A program made the position numbers and the translations under genes. Shown piece after piece: positions 44,308 to 53,277 of a stretch of DNA of 64,000 nucleotides; position 1 is the first letter of the stretch, and every line of letters starts with the position of its first letter. The notes under the pieces were generated by a model, which ran no database searches, had not been told where the DNA came from, and saw only the letters and a list, made by a program, of their open reading frames with translations. The stretch comes from an uncultured Chloroflexia bacterium (lineage in GTDB: Bacteria > Chloroflexota > Ktedonobacteria > Ktedonobacterales > JADMIN01), in assembly GCA_963785845.1 (NCBI GenBank), contig CAWAWP010000003.1, positions 413,324 through 477,323 of the forward strand, given 5' to 3'.

Positions 44308-46007
44308 CGGTCGCCCATCGAGGGGGGACGCTGCGGCCAGGCCGAGTCAAGGTCTGGCCAGGGCTCGCCACCCGCCGGGGGGAGCGAGCGTGGACCGGTG
44401 GGCGGCAGCGACCGCGAACTCACCGGCGGAACGGAACGTGGGCCGTTTAGCGGCACGGATGGCGTTGGACTCGCTGGGCGCGAGCGGCCAGGTATGGTCG
44501 TATCCGCGGTCCAGAGGGGCTCGTCGACCTGCACCGATTGCGAGCGCGGCACCTCGCGCGGCCAGAGTGGTGTGCCGAGCGGCTGGCCGGGTGGCAGGGG
44601 CCGCGCGACGCTCCCTGGCACACCTGGCAGGAGGGCTGCTCCACTGGGACTGGGCTGCGCCGCGACTGGCTGGAACGCCTGCCGCGACGACTGGCCGACG
44701 GCGACTTTGGCAGCGCCCATACGCCGCCAAACGGCATAGGCGAAGGCGGCCATCGTGGCGAATTCGGTCACGCCGACGAGGATGCGGTCGAGCACGCCGA
44801 CGCTTTGCACCCAGATGAATTGGGAGAGGGTCGCGGCGGTCGCGAGGTAGAGCACCGAGAGCACCGGCCAGCGCCAGAAGCCGGCGACGCGATCGTGCAT
44901 CGAGGAGAACTCCCAGATCAGCAGGAAGATGAATGGTTCGAGGTAGTAGTAGGGCCAGTTGGTCTTGCTGAGCATGGGTACGGCGAGCGCGGCGATTGTG
45001 GCGACCGCCCAGGCTTCGCGACTATAGGCGGAGACGCGCCCACGGAGAGCCGCCAGTGCGGCGACGATCACCAGGAAGATCACCACGGCCGGCATGTCGA
45101 GCCGCCGCGCCAGGGTATCGAGCGTGTGGCGAATGCCGGTGGCGTTGTCGGGCGCCGCGAAGAGCGCCCAGATCGAGTTGCCGCCGATGATCGCGGTGCC
45201 GCGCCATGTCAGGAAAGCGTAGGTGGCGTTGGCGCGATCGACGAGAAAGAACGGCGCGATGCCGACGATGGCTACGGCAGCAGCGATACCGCCGAAGCGG
45301 GCCAGCGAGCGCCATTCACGCGCGACCAGCAGGAGGACGCCGAGCGCCAGCAGCGGCATCAGCGCCGTCGTGCGGGTGAGGACGGCGAGACCGGCCAAGA
45401 GACCGGCAAGCCCCTCGTGCCGCGCCTGGAACGCGAGCAGCGCCGCGACGAGGAAACAGAGCATCAGCGGCTGTTCGATGTGATACCAGGGGCTGTAGGA
45501 TTGCCAGGTCAGCGGCGACAACACCACCAGCGAATAGGCCAAGAAGCGTTGGGCGTCGGGCATCTGCGGGTAGAAGGTGCGCAACGCGCGGAGGACGAGG
45601 TAGCCGAGGAGCGGGACGAGGAGGGTGAAAGGCAGCGAGACGAAGGTGATCTGCTCGCCGAAGTTCGCCGCGAAGCCGACCGCACGCGCCAGGCCGAGCA
45701 GCGGCGCCATCAAGAAGATGCTGAGCGGGGGGTTGTAGTTGGGATAGCCGCCGCTGGCATGCACGGCATACATCTGGAAGGGCTGGCCGCGCAGAATGTA
45801 GTCTGCCGAGCGGAAGAAGAAGTTGGTGAGGTCACTGTCCGCAGCAGTTTTGACGAGGCGCGTGCCGCGGACGATGGACTCGCCGCCAATCAGCAACGAG
45901 ACAATCGTCACCAGCGGGTAGGCCCAGCTCGGCACGCGAATGGCTGCCGCGCGCTCTGACGCTCCCACCGCAGCGGACCGTGCCGCGCTCGCCGGATCCT
46001 GTCTCAC
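44304..46007 (-). CDS. polytopic GT-C-like membrane glycosyltransferase (DUF2029-like) with Pro-rich C-terminal tail
   Basis: DLTNFFFRSADYILRGQPFQMYAVHASGGYPNYNPPLSIFLMAP followed by many TM helices. The C-terminal ~130 aa are Pro/Ser/Gly-rich. Confidence 0.6.
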   Translation of the reverse strand: MRQDPASAARSAAVGASERAAAIRVPSWAYPLVTIVSLLIGGESIVRGTRLVKTAADSDLTNFFFRSADYILRGQPFQMYAVHASGGYPNYNPPLSIFLMAPLLGLARAVGFAANFGEQITFVSLPFTLLVPLLGYLVLRALRTFYPQMPDAQRFLAYSLVVLSPLTWQSYSPWYHIEQPLMLCFLVAALLAFQARHEGLAGLLAGLAVLTRTTALMPLLALGVLLLVAREWRSLARFGGIAAAVAIVGIAPFFLVDRANATYAFLTWRGTAIIGGNSIWALFAAPDNATGIRHTLDTLARRLDMPAVVIFLVIVAALAALRGRVSAYSREAWAVATIAALAVPMLSKTNWPYYYLEPFIFLLIWEFSSMHDRVAGFWRWPVLSVLYLATAATLSQFIWVQSVGVLDRILVGVTEFATMAAFAYAVWRRMGAAKVAVGQSSRQAFQPVAAQPSPSGAALLPGVPGSVARPLPPGQPLGTPLWPREVPRSQSVQVDEPLWTADTTIPGRSRPASPTPSVPLNGPRSVPPVSSRSLPPTGPRSLPPAGGEPWPDLDSAWPQRPPSMGDR

Positions 46008-46240
46008 TGAGTCCGCTCCTCATCGGCTGACCGCCGCCCACACCACCACACGAGCCGCCCGAACCTGCCGCGGTCCGAGTTCATCGCCCGACGCCATCGC
46101 GGACGATCATTACGCCGTGAACCGCAGAGAACGGGCCATGTGCTGAGGAGTGTACCATGCGTGTGGCCTCCTGCCTATCGCCATGCACCCATGCGCCCAT
46201 GCCGACGGGCGAGCGCCACGACGAGCGCTACACGACGGTC

Positions 46241-46813
46241 TTAGAATTGGCGCAATTGGGGGAGGGATGGCAGACGTTGCGCCAGCGAGCGCCGCCAGGC
46301 GGCACGGACCTCGCGGCCCGCGAGCCAGAGCGTGAGCGCCACGCCCGCGGCGATCCAGACGAGCCAGGCGAGCCAGGCGATGGAGCCAGGGCCAGGGGCA
46401 AGCAACAGCGCGACGAGGTCGGGGAAGGCGTGCATGAACTGCGTGCCGACGGCGGGGCGGAGGCCGGGCGAGAGGAGGATGAAGATCACGGTTGTGGCGC
46501 TTGCCAATAGCGCGGCGCGGAGCCCATCGGCCCAGCTCAGGCCGACGCCGAAGATCAGGGGACGAGCACGCCGCTGCTCGTAGACGGCGACGCGATTGAG
46601 GATGTGCGCCGTGAGGTCTGGCGGCTCGACGATGGGCGCTTCTGTGGTGGAGGCGGCGCAGATCGCTTCGAGGATGGCGAGGTCGTGGCGGCAGCCTTCG
46701 CAGGTAGCGAGATGCGCGTCGAGGCGCGCGGTCCACTGGGCATCTAGCCGCCGGTCGACGCGGAGCTGGAGTAATTCAGTGACGCGTGCGCAGGTAAGGT
46801 CGTAAGTTGGCAC
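46241..46813 (-). CDS. anti-sigma factor (zf-HC2 type) with C-terminal TM segments
   Basis: CARVTELLQLRVDRRLD..HLATCEGCRHDL is the zf-HC2 motif. GTG start 4 nt after the sigma stop. The upstream part of the track ORF overlaps the sigma gene and was trimmed. Confidence 0.7.
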   Translation of the reverse strand: MPTYDLTCARVTELLQLRVDRRLDAQWTARLDAHLATCEGCRHDLAILEAICAASTTEAPIVEPPDLTAHILNRVAVYEQRRARPLIFGVGLSWADGLRAALLASATTVIFILLSPGLRPAVGTQFMHAFPDLVALLLAPGPGSIAWLAWLVWIAAGVALTLWLAGREVRAAWRRSLAQRLPSLPQLRQF

Positions 46814-46817
46814 GGTA

Positions 46818-47606
46818 TCATCCGTCTCCGTGTTGGGGCGATTGTCGGCCAGCGTCAAGTTGATCGAGGACGCTTCGCAGGCTCGCGCCGAGGCCCTCGC
46901 GCACGTCTCCCAGGTTTTCGAGCCGCTCTTTGAGCATCGCGCGCGCCCTGAAGAGGTGGGTCTTGACGGTGCCGATTGGCACACGCATGACCTCGGCGAT
47001 CTCTTCGTAGCTGAGCTCTTGCAGGTGGCGCAGGACGACGACGACGCGATACTTCTGCGGCAGCTTGGCGATCTCGCCGCGTACGGTCTCGCGCATCTCG
47101 TGCTCGGCGTCGAGCGCGGTGGCGGCGCTCTGGGTGCGCTCTGGGCGGTTTTCGCGGGCGGAGGCTGCGCTCAGCTCAGCGTGAAGGGTGGCATCACGGC
47201 GTCGGTGGGCGACGAGCCGCAGACAGTAGTTGTAGGCGATGCGATAGAGCCAGGTGGCGAAGCGGGCGTCGCCGCGGAAGCCGCGAAGCCCTTGCCACGC
47301 GGCGAGAAAGACTTCTTGCGTGGCTTCGCTGGCTTCTTCGGGATCGCGGAGCATGCGCAACGCCAGCGCGTAAACCTGTCGCTGATGATCGCGGACGATG
47401 GCGGCGAAGGCGTCTTGATCGCCGGAACGGGCGCGCTCGATCAACGCGCGCTCTGCTTCGATGGTGTCGGCGAGGGCGTCTGTCGCCGGCAGCGCGGCGG
47501 GCGCGACGCGTTCGAGGCCGCGAAGGTGCGCGATGGTTTGGGCGGAGGCGTTGTGCAGCATGTCGATTTGGAGTGCGAACCTATCGACAAGGTTTCGCGG
47601 ATCCAC
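46818..47606 (-). CDS. ECF-type RNA polymerase sigma-70 factor
   Basis: Region 2 (DAFAAIVRDHQRQVYALALRML..DPEEASEATQEVFLAAW..FATWLYRIAYN) and region 4 (VVVLRHLQELSYEEIAEVMRVPIGTVKTHLFRAR). The start may be the internal MLHNAS. Confidence 0.9.
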   Translation of the reverse strand: MDPRNLVDRFALQIDMLHNASAQTIAHLRGLERVAPAALPATDALADTIEAERALIERARSGDQDAFAAIVRDHQRQVYALALRMLRDPEEASEATQEVFLAAWQGLRGFRGDARFATWLYRIAYNYCLRLVAHRRRDATLHAELSAASARENRPERTQSAATALDAEHEMRETVRGEIAKLPQKYRVVVVLRHLQELSYEEIAEVMRVPIGTVKTHLFRARAMLKERLENLGDVREGLGASLRSVLDQLDAGRQSPQHGDG

Positions 47607-47765
47607 GGCGGCTCTCGTTCTCGGACTTGGTGAATAGATGCGACGCGCTGAAACACCAGCGCAGGAACACGGCTCTTAGCAAGTATTATACAGGTGCGGC
47701 AAGAACACAAGCTCGGCGATCCCGCGACGCGGCGAGAGCCGGGGTGAGCATAGAAGGAGCTCGCC

Positions 47766-48266
47766 GTGAACGACCTGGCCGTGGTGGGGTTGGAATGGCT
47801 CGGCGCGCTGGCGCTGTTTCTCGGCTTCATCTTGCTGGTGCGCTTGCTGGATCACCGCGAGCGTATGACGATGATCGAGCGGGGGCTGCTCGACCGGCTA
47901 GAAGGCGATCCGCTGCGCCCGCCGCGTGGCTCGGCGATGCTGCGCGGGGGCATGATTACGGCGATGGTGGGGTTGGTGGTGACGCTTGGGTTGTATACGC
48001 TCGGCTACCTGCTGCCCGCGCCATTCAGCGCGGTTCCCGGGCGCGTCGGACCGTGGCTGCTGCCGGGGCTGATCCCGCTGGCGGTGGGGCTGGCACTGGT
48101 CGCTAGCTATTACCTCTCGCCACCACGCCAGCGCGAACGGGACGGAAATGAGCCTCAGCACGAGGCGTCGAACGCCGAGGATGGGCGCAGGCCAGACCTG
48201 CGGGTAGTCGATCCACACCAACCGAGCGACCGCCGCCCGCACCGCGAGGATGCGGCCAACGGGTGA
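47766..48266 (+). CDS. hypothetical membrane protein (3 TM) divergent from the sigma operon
   Basis: 166-aa ORF with three clear hydrophobic helices and a charged C-terminal tail. No family recognised with confidence. Confidence 0.5.
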   Translation: MNDLAVVGLEWLGALALFLGFILLVRLLDHRERMTMIERGLLDRLEGDPLRPPRGSAMLRGGMITAMVGLVVTLGLYTLGYLLPAPFSAVPGRVGPWLLPGLIPLAVGLALVASYYLSPPRQRERDGNEPQHEASNAEDGRRPDLRVVDPHQPSDRRPHREDAANG

Positions 48267-48655
48267 GGCGGCGCGCGGACACGTTGGCCTCGACGCTGCA
48301 TATGCCTGGGCTTCTCCCTCAGAGCACGAGATGCTGGCGCTGACGGAATTTCCGTTTTCTTCCGCTTTTTCATGTCGATGCGGGAGGCGATCCGCTGAAT
48401 TCAAGGCGAATGTAGCGGAAAGGGGACACTCCAAGCGGAAATTGCGAGAGGATGTGGAGTGGAGGAGAAAGCGGCGATGTGTGCTCTCCACGCTCCCACG
48501 TGTTGATCGCCGTCGATTGGGTGACGCGAGGTGACGTGGGAGGTGGTGGAGAGACGGTAGGCCAGCGCAGTACCGGGACGCGCTACAAGTTCACACCACG
48601 CGGTCGCGCTATGAGGGATGCGCTACAGAGGTGTGGCTACGAGAGGGCGACACAG

Positions 48656-48669
48656 AGAACATATGTTCT
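48656..48669. promoter_or_regulatory. perfect Cheo-type SOS (LexA) box AGAACATATGTTCT, overlapping the predicted start of a minus-strand promoter (TTGCGC-17-TATACT, 48676..48704)
   Basis: 14-nt perfect palindrome whose central 12 nt equal the idealised Gram-positive LexA operator GAACATATGTTC. The promoter hexamers were read directly on the minus strand. Confidence 0.5.
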
Positions 48670-48905
48670 GTTCGTAGTATAGCACGGGATGCGCTCGAGC
48701 GCAACCGGCGCGTGGATGCGGGCGGAGATGTGAGCGAGCGCGGCGGGTGACGTCCGCCGGACGCTGCACAGGCGAGCGCGGGTGGCTGGCGGCGGGCGCG
48801 GAGGCAGAGGGCATCTCTCGATGCCGTCCGAGAAGCGATGCGGCTGCTATTTAAGAGGGCACGAGAGGGCAGGGGCGGGCGATGGAGTACCCTCGGGACG
48901 CCTGC

Positions 48906-49295
48906 TCACCAATCCAGCTTGGTTAGCTGGATCAAATTGCCGCAGGTGTCATCTACCATGGCGATCGTCGAGGCGGTCACTTTGGTTGGCGGCATGGTGA
49001 ACTTCGCGCCCAAGGCCGACATCCGCTCGTACTCGGCCTGAACATCGTCCACGGAGAACATGGCGGCGGGCTGTCCTTGTTCAAACGTCGCCTGCTGGTA
49101 GGCTTTTGCCGCGGGGCTTGAATTTCCGGCGAGTTGCAGTTCCGTCCCGTCGGGATCCTCCGGCGACACGACAGTTAGCCAGCGATACGGTCCGTTCGTA
49201 AAGTCGGCCTTCTTCACGAAACCTAGCACGTCGGTGTAGAATCGCAGGGCTTTTTCCTGGTCGTCGACGTACACGCTGGTGAGTTTGATCTTCAT
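48906..49295 (-). CDS. VOC (glyoxalase/bleomycin resistance) family protein
   Basis: 129 aa. VYVDDQEKALRFYTDVLGF..., ...PDGTELQL... and ...VDDTCGNLIQL fit the paired beta-alpha-beta-beta-beta VOC pattern. Confidence 0.85.
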   Translation of the reverse strand: MKIKLTSVYVDDQEKALRFYTDVLGFVKKADFTNGPYRWLTVVSPEDPDGTELQLAGNSSPAAKAYQQATFEQGQPAAMFSVDDVQAEYERMSALGAKFTMPPTKVTASTIAMVDDTCGNLIQLTKLDW

Positions 49296-49637
49296 TGATG
49301 TTCCTCTCCTCGTTACCTGTGAGCGCCTTGTCGCGGCGTGTGGAGTGACGGAAATGGTTGCCGACCACCGCTACATTTGCCTTCCGGGAGGGCAAATCGT
49401 GGTGGCCCGCGCACGGCGATCTAAGACTACCACCGGGAACTCGGCTCGACCAATCGTCCTGCCGCCGGTCGTCACGCCGAGCGCCAGCGCAAGCACTCGT
49501 CCGGCGTCGTGGGTGACAGGTTCGGCATTTCCGCTGCCGCGCCCCACGCTACCTGTGGTCGCGCTACCTGCTATAATGCGGCGGACCCGGCTGATGGACG
49601 CTGTGGTTCGGTCGCTTTTCAGCGGAGGCAGTGCGGC

Positions 49638-50318
49638 ATGCGAGCGCATCCACGCGTCGCCATCGACGGCGGGGCAGGCGTCGGCAAGAGCACGGTTGGT
49701 GAACGCTTGGCGCGGCGTCTCGGCACTCCCTACGTCGATACCGGGGCGTTTTATCGCACGCTGACGGCGCTGGCGCTGGAGTCGGGTGTGGCACCGGATG
49801 ACGCCGGCACGCTGCAACAGCTTGCGGAGACGATGCCGATCACCATCGTGCCGCCCACCGCGACCGAGGCCGATGGCCGCCAATATACCGTGCTGGTGGG
49901 CGGTAGGGACATGACGCCGCTGCTGCGAACCCCGGCGGTTGAGGCAGCGGTGTCGCGCGTCTCGATTCATCCAGGGGTGCGGGCGGCGCTGATCCGCCGC
50001 ATGCGCGAACTGGCGGACGAACGCGGCGTGGTGATGGTCGGGCGAGACATTGGCACGGTGGTGCTGCCCGACGCGGACCTGAAGATCTCGCTGGTGACGT
50101 CGGCGGACGAACGGGCGAATCGCCGCCACGCCGATCTGGTGGCGAAGTACGGCGATGCGGCTCCCCCGCTGGAAACGGTGCGGCGTGAGATCGAGCAGCG
50201 CGACGCCATCGACGCGCCGAATATGCTGGTCGCGCCGGATGCGCGGACGATCGACAACACGGCGCTGCAGGCCGATGACGTGGTGCGGCGTATCGAGGCG
50301 TATTTGCGCGAGCTGTGA
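49638..50318 (+). CDS. cmk: cytidylate kinase
   Basis: VAIDGGAGVGKSTVGERLARRLGTPYVDTGAFYR and VMVGRDIGTVVLPDADLKI are Cmk motifs. Trimmed to the ATG at 49638. A TATAAT hexamer lies at 49572..49577 upstream. Confidence 0.9.
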   Translation: MRAHPRVAIDGGAGVGKSTVGERLARRLGTPYVDTGAFYRTLTALALESGVAPDDAGTLQQLAETMPITIVPPTATEADGRQYTVLVGGRDMTPLLRTPAVEAAVSRVSIHPGVRAALIRRMRELADERGVVMVGRDIGTVVLPDADLKISLVTSADERANRRHADLVAKYGDAAPPLETVRREIEQRDAIDAPNMLVAPDARTIDNTALQADDVVRRIEAYLREL

Positions 50319-50401
50319 GCGCCGTTGTGATCGCCGGCAGTGTCGCGGTCGCGAGCAGTGGGGATGACGAGGACGAACGCTCGCACGGTGGGAGGGCCGC
50401 T

Positions 50402-51133
50402 ATGGCTGGCAAGCAAACGAACGAGGGTAAGGCCTGGCGTCCGTTTTATGAGGGACTGCGGATCGTGGCGCGGCTCGCTTTGCCGACGTTCACGCGTATC
50501 CGCGTGGAGGGGCTAGAGAACGTGCCCCGGCGCGGCCCGGTAATCCTGGCGATGAACCACATCCACTGGCTCGACATTCCGGTGGCGTCGGTGCGGGTGC
50601 CGCGGGTGACGCACTATATGGCGAAGATCGAACTGTTCAATATTCCAATATTGGGCTGGATGTTGCGGCGCGGAGGCGCTTTCCCGGTGCGGCGCGGCGA
50701 GGGCGACCGCGAGGCGCTACGCACAGCCGAGCGCTTGTTAAGCCAGGGTGAGGCGGTAGTGATCTTCCCCGAGGGGCACCGCAGCGATCTCGGTCCGCTG
50801 ATTGAGGCGCATCCCGGCGTGGCGCTGATCGCGCTGCGAGGCAACGCGCCGATCGTGCCGGTGGCGATCTCGGGGACGCGGGACGTGTTTAGGCATAAGG
50901 GATTGTTCTTCTGGGCGCCGAGAGTGACGGTGCGCTATGGCACGCCGTTCACGCTTGCCAGCGAGAGTAAACGCAGCCGCGAAAGTCTGGCGGAGGCGAC
51001 GGACCGCATCATGTACGCGATCGCGGCGTTGTTGCCGCCAGAGCAGCGCGGGGCGTATGCGTCGCCGCGGCAGCCGTCCACCGTCGAGGGAGCTGCGGAA
51101 TCTACGGATCGCGGCGCTGAGGTGCCGCGGTAG
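50402..51133 (+). CDS. plsC: 1-acyl-sn-glycerol-3-phosphate acyltransferase
   Basis: The HX4D motif NHIHWLD and FPEGHRS are acyltransferase blocks I and III. Start set at MAGKQT. Confidence 0.85.
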   Translation: MAGKQTNEGKAWRPFYEGLRIVARLALPTFTRIRVEGLENVPRRGPVILAMNHIHWLDIPVASVRVPRVTHYMAKIELFNIPILGWMLRRGGAFPVRRGEGDREALRTAERLLSQGEAVVIFPEGHRSDLGPLIEAHPGVALIALRGNAPIVPVAISGTRDVFRHKGLFFWAPRVTVRYGTPFTLASESKRSRESLAEATDRIMYAIAALLPPEQRGAYASPRQPSTVEGAAESTDRGAEVPR

Positions 51134-51242
51134 GGCGAGGGGAGTCGGGAGCGGGAGTGCCGGGGCGGCAACGGCAAGGACTCACACGCAAGCGGTATCA
51201 GCTAGCTCGCCCATCTGGCCGCGAGAGCAGAAAGTGCCTGTG

Positions 51243-51821
51243 ATGCGCGCAGCGGTGATCGTGGCCTTTGCGTTAGTGGTCGGCTTTGCGCTCTGGGAGA
51301 GCCGCTCACGCCACGGCGCTGAGGCAGAGAGCTTCGAGCGAGGCGCGTTTGATCGCGGGAGCACGCTGCTGATCGCCGTGGTGTTTTCGCTGGGCTTTGT
51401 GCTGCTGCCCACGTCGCTCGCGCTCAGCGCGTGGGGCATTGGCGCGACGAGCATCACGTTGGTGGTCGCGTGGATCGGCATCGTGATCATGCTGCTGGGG
51501 ATCGCGTTGCGCGTCTGGGCCAACCAAACGCTTGGCCGCTTCTTCACTCGGACGCTGCGTGTCACGGCGGAGCAGCGCGTCGTACGCGACGGTCCCTATC
51601 GACTGGTGCGCCATCCCGGCTACCTGGGAGACATCTTGTTATGGATCGGCGCCGCACTGGCGACGCTGAACTGGCTCGTCGTCGTGATCCTCACGGTGAC
51701 GGCGGTTCTGGCCTATAGCTATCGCATTCGTGTTGAGGAGGCGATGTTGCAGGAGGCGCTAGGGGACACGTACCGCGCGTATATGCGACACACCTGGCGT
51801 CTCGTGCCGCTGGTCTACTGA
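51243..51821 (+). CDS. isoprenylcysteine carboxyl methyltransferase (ICMT)/phospholipid methyltransferase family membrane protein
   Basis: GPYRLVRHPGYLGDILLWIG and RIRVEEAML are ICMT-family motifs. 4-5 TM helices. Trimmed to MRAAVIV. Confidence 0.8.
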   Translation: MRAAVIVAFALVVGFALWESRSRHGAEAESFERGAFDRGSTLLIAVVFSLGFVLLPTSLALSAWGIGATSITLVVAWIGIVIMLLGIALRVWANQTLGRFFTRTLRVTAEQRVVRDGPYRLVRHPGYLGDILLWIGAALATLNWLVVVILTVTAVLAYSYRIRVEEAMLQEALGDTYRAYMRHTWRLVPLVY

Positions 51822-51835
51822 GCGATGATTGCTGG

Positions 51836-52306
51836 TCAGCGGCCAAGGATGTGGAGGAGGTGCGGCAGGTAGACGAAGAAGGCGACGATCACGGCGATGA
51901 TGGCACTGAGCAGCACGGCGCCGGCGGCGACATCTTTGGCCATGCGGGCGAGAGGATGGTATTCGCGGGTGGCGAGATCGACGACGGCTTCGGCGACGGT
52001 GTTGATCATCTCGGCGACGAGGACGGTGCCGATGGCGAGGAAGACGATGGCGAACTCGTCGGGCGTGATGTGGAGGGCGAGGCCGAGGGCGATGGCGAGC
52101 AATGCGGCGGCGAAATGGACACGCATGTTGCGCTGGGTTCGCAGCGCCTGCCAGAGTCCGTTGCCGGCGTAGACGAAGCTGCGGAGAAAGCCAGGGCGCG
52201 GGGGGATCGCTGGCGGCGCGGGGGGATCGGCGGCAAGCGCGCGCTGGACTGGGGACGGGCGCTGCGCCTGCCCGGAATGTTGATCCTCCAGATCATAGGT
52301 CTTCAT
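51836..52306 (-). CDS. dgkA: diacylglycerol/undecaprenol kinase
   Basis: NMRVHF, VLVAEMINTVAEAVVDL and AKDVAAGAVLL are DgkA motifs. Adjacent to ybeY, as in many Gram-positive genomes. Confidence 0.85.
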   Translation of the reverse strand: MKTYDLEDQHSGQAQRPSPVQRALAADPPAPPAIPPRPGFLRSFVYAGNGLWQALRTQRNMRVHFAAALLAIALGLALHITPDEFAIVFLAIGTVLVAEMINTVAEAVVDLATREYHPLARMAKDVAAGAVLLSAIIAVIVAFFVYLPHLLHILGR

Positions 52307-52339
52307 ACGCTACTCGCTTGCTTGTGATGGCGGCGATTG

Positions 52340-53203
52340 CTAGTCGGCAATGCCCGCCGCGCGCAAAACGGCTTCTTGATGCGCCACCATCGCCTGATAG
52401 CCAGCGTCGGTGGTGTCGTCGTAGCCAACGAGGTGCAACACGCCATGTGACAGGAGATAGGCGAGCTCGCGGGCGGGACTGTGCGCGGCCTCGGCGGCCT
52501 GTCGCTGGAGGGCGTCACGCGAGAGGGCGATGTCGCCGAGGTGCAGATGCTCGTCTTCGGGCGTGAGAAAGGGATCGCCACTGTCGAGGTCGTCGTCTAG
52601 CTCGTCCAAGGCGTCCAGGTCGTCCAGGTCATCGAGAGGCAGGGCGTCACCGTTGAAGGCGCTTTCATCCGTGTCATCCGCGGAGTACTCCAGTGCGCTT
52701 AGATCGGATAGATCGTCGTCTAGATCTTCGTCTTCGAGCGCGGCGTCTCGCTGCCAGAGTTGATCGGGAGGGGCGTCGACGAGTGGGGCGTCGAGCAGCG
52801 GGAAGGAGAGCACGTCGGTCGGCTCGTCGTTGCCGCGATACTCGCGATTGAGCGCTCGCAGGCCGTCGTCTCCGGTGAGCAAGAGGCTGAGCTCGACGGG
52901 TTCGCCGATGCCTACGCGGGCGAGGGTCAAGGCGACGATACGCCGGAGTGCGGCGTCGTCGAGCCCGAAGACAGCCTCGTCCAGCGCCTCGGGCGGCTCG
53001 TAGGCCACGGCTAGTATGAGGCGCTCTTCGATGTGGCGTGCATCCTCCGGCAAGTCGGTAGTCAGGGCATGCCTTCTTTCAAGGATAGTGTGCGGGTGTA
53101 CGGCGTCAGGAGACGGTCGTCCGCCGGACGCCTCTACGCGCTGCGACGTCTGCCTCGGAAGTGGCGTTTCGGCCTGAGAAAGCCTCGGAGCGGACGTTGG
53201 CAT
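52340..53203 (-). CDS. ybeY: rRNA maturation endoribonuclease YbeY with ~80-aa acidic insertion
   Basis: LNREYRGNDEPTDVLSFPL and the C-terminal SHGVLHLVGYDD (the HGxLHLxGYDH zinc motif, last H replaced by D). An Asp/Leu-rich insert lies between them. The N-terminal extent is uncertain. Confidence 0.8.
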   Translation of the reverse strand: MPTSAPRLSQAETPLPRQTSQRVEASGGRPSPDAVHPHTILERRHALTTDLPEDARHIEERLILAVAYEPPEALDEAVFGLDDAALRRIVALTLARVGIGEPVELSLLLTGDDGLRALNREYRGNDEPTDVLSFPLLDAPLVDAPPDQLWQRDAALEDEDLDDDLSDLSALEYSADDTDESAFNGDALPLDDLDDLDALDELDDDLDSGDPFLTPEDEHLHLGDIALSRDALQRQAAEAAHSPARELAYLLSHGVLHLVGYDDTTDAGYQAMVAHQEAVLRAAGIAD

Positions 53204-53277
53204 CTGCCCTACATTCTACGACTTCACGATAGCTGTCGTCTGGGCACTTGCGACCCGCTGTGGCTTTCGCCAGGATG

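Noticed and set aside
42584-44371. 595-aa minus-strand ORF in an alternative frame (also 43877..44818 and 44538..45959 on the plus strand)
   Set aside because: It is Arg/Pro/Ala-rich with no hydrophobic helices. The overlapping frames 42622..44307 and 44304..46007 encode coherent polytopic membrane proteins.
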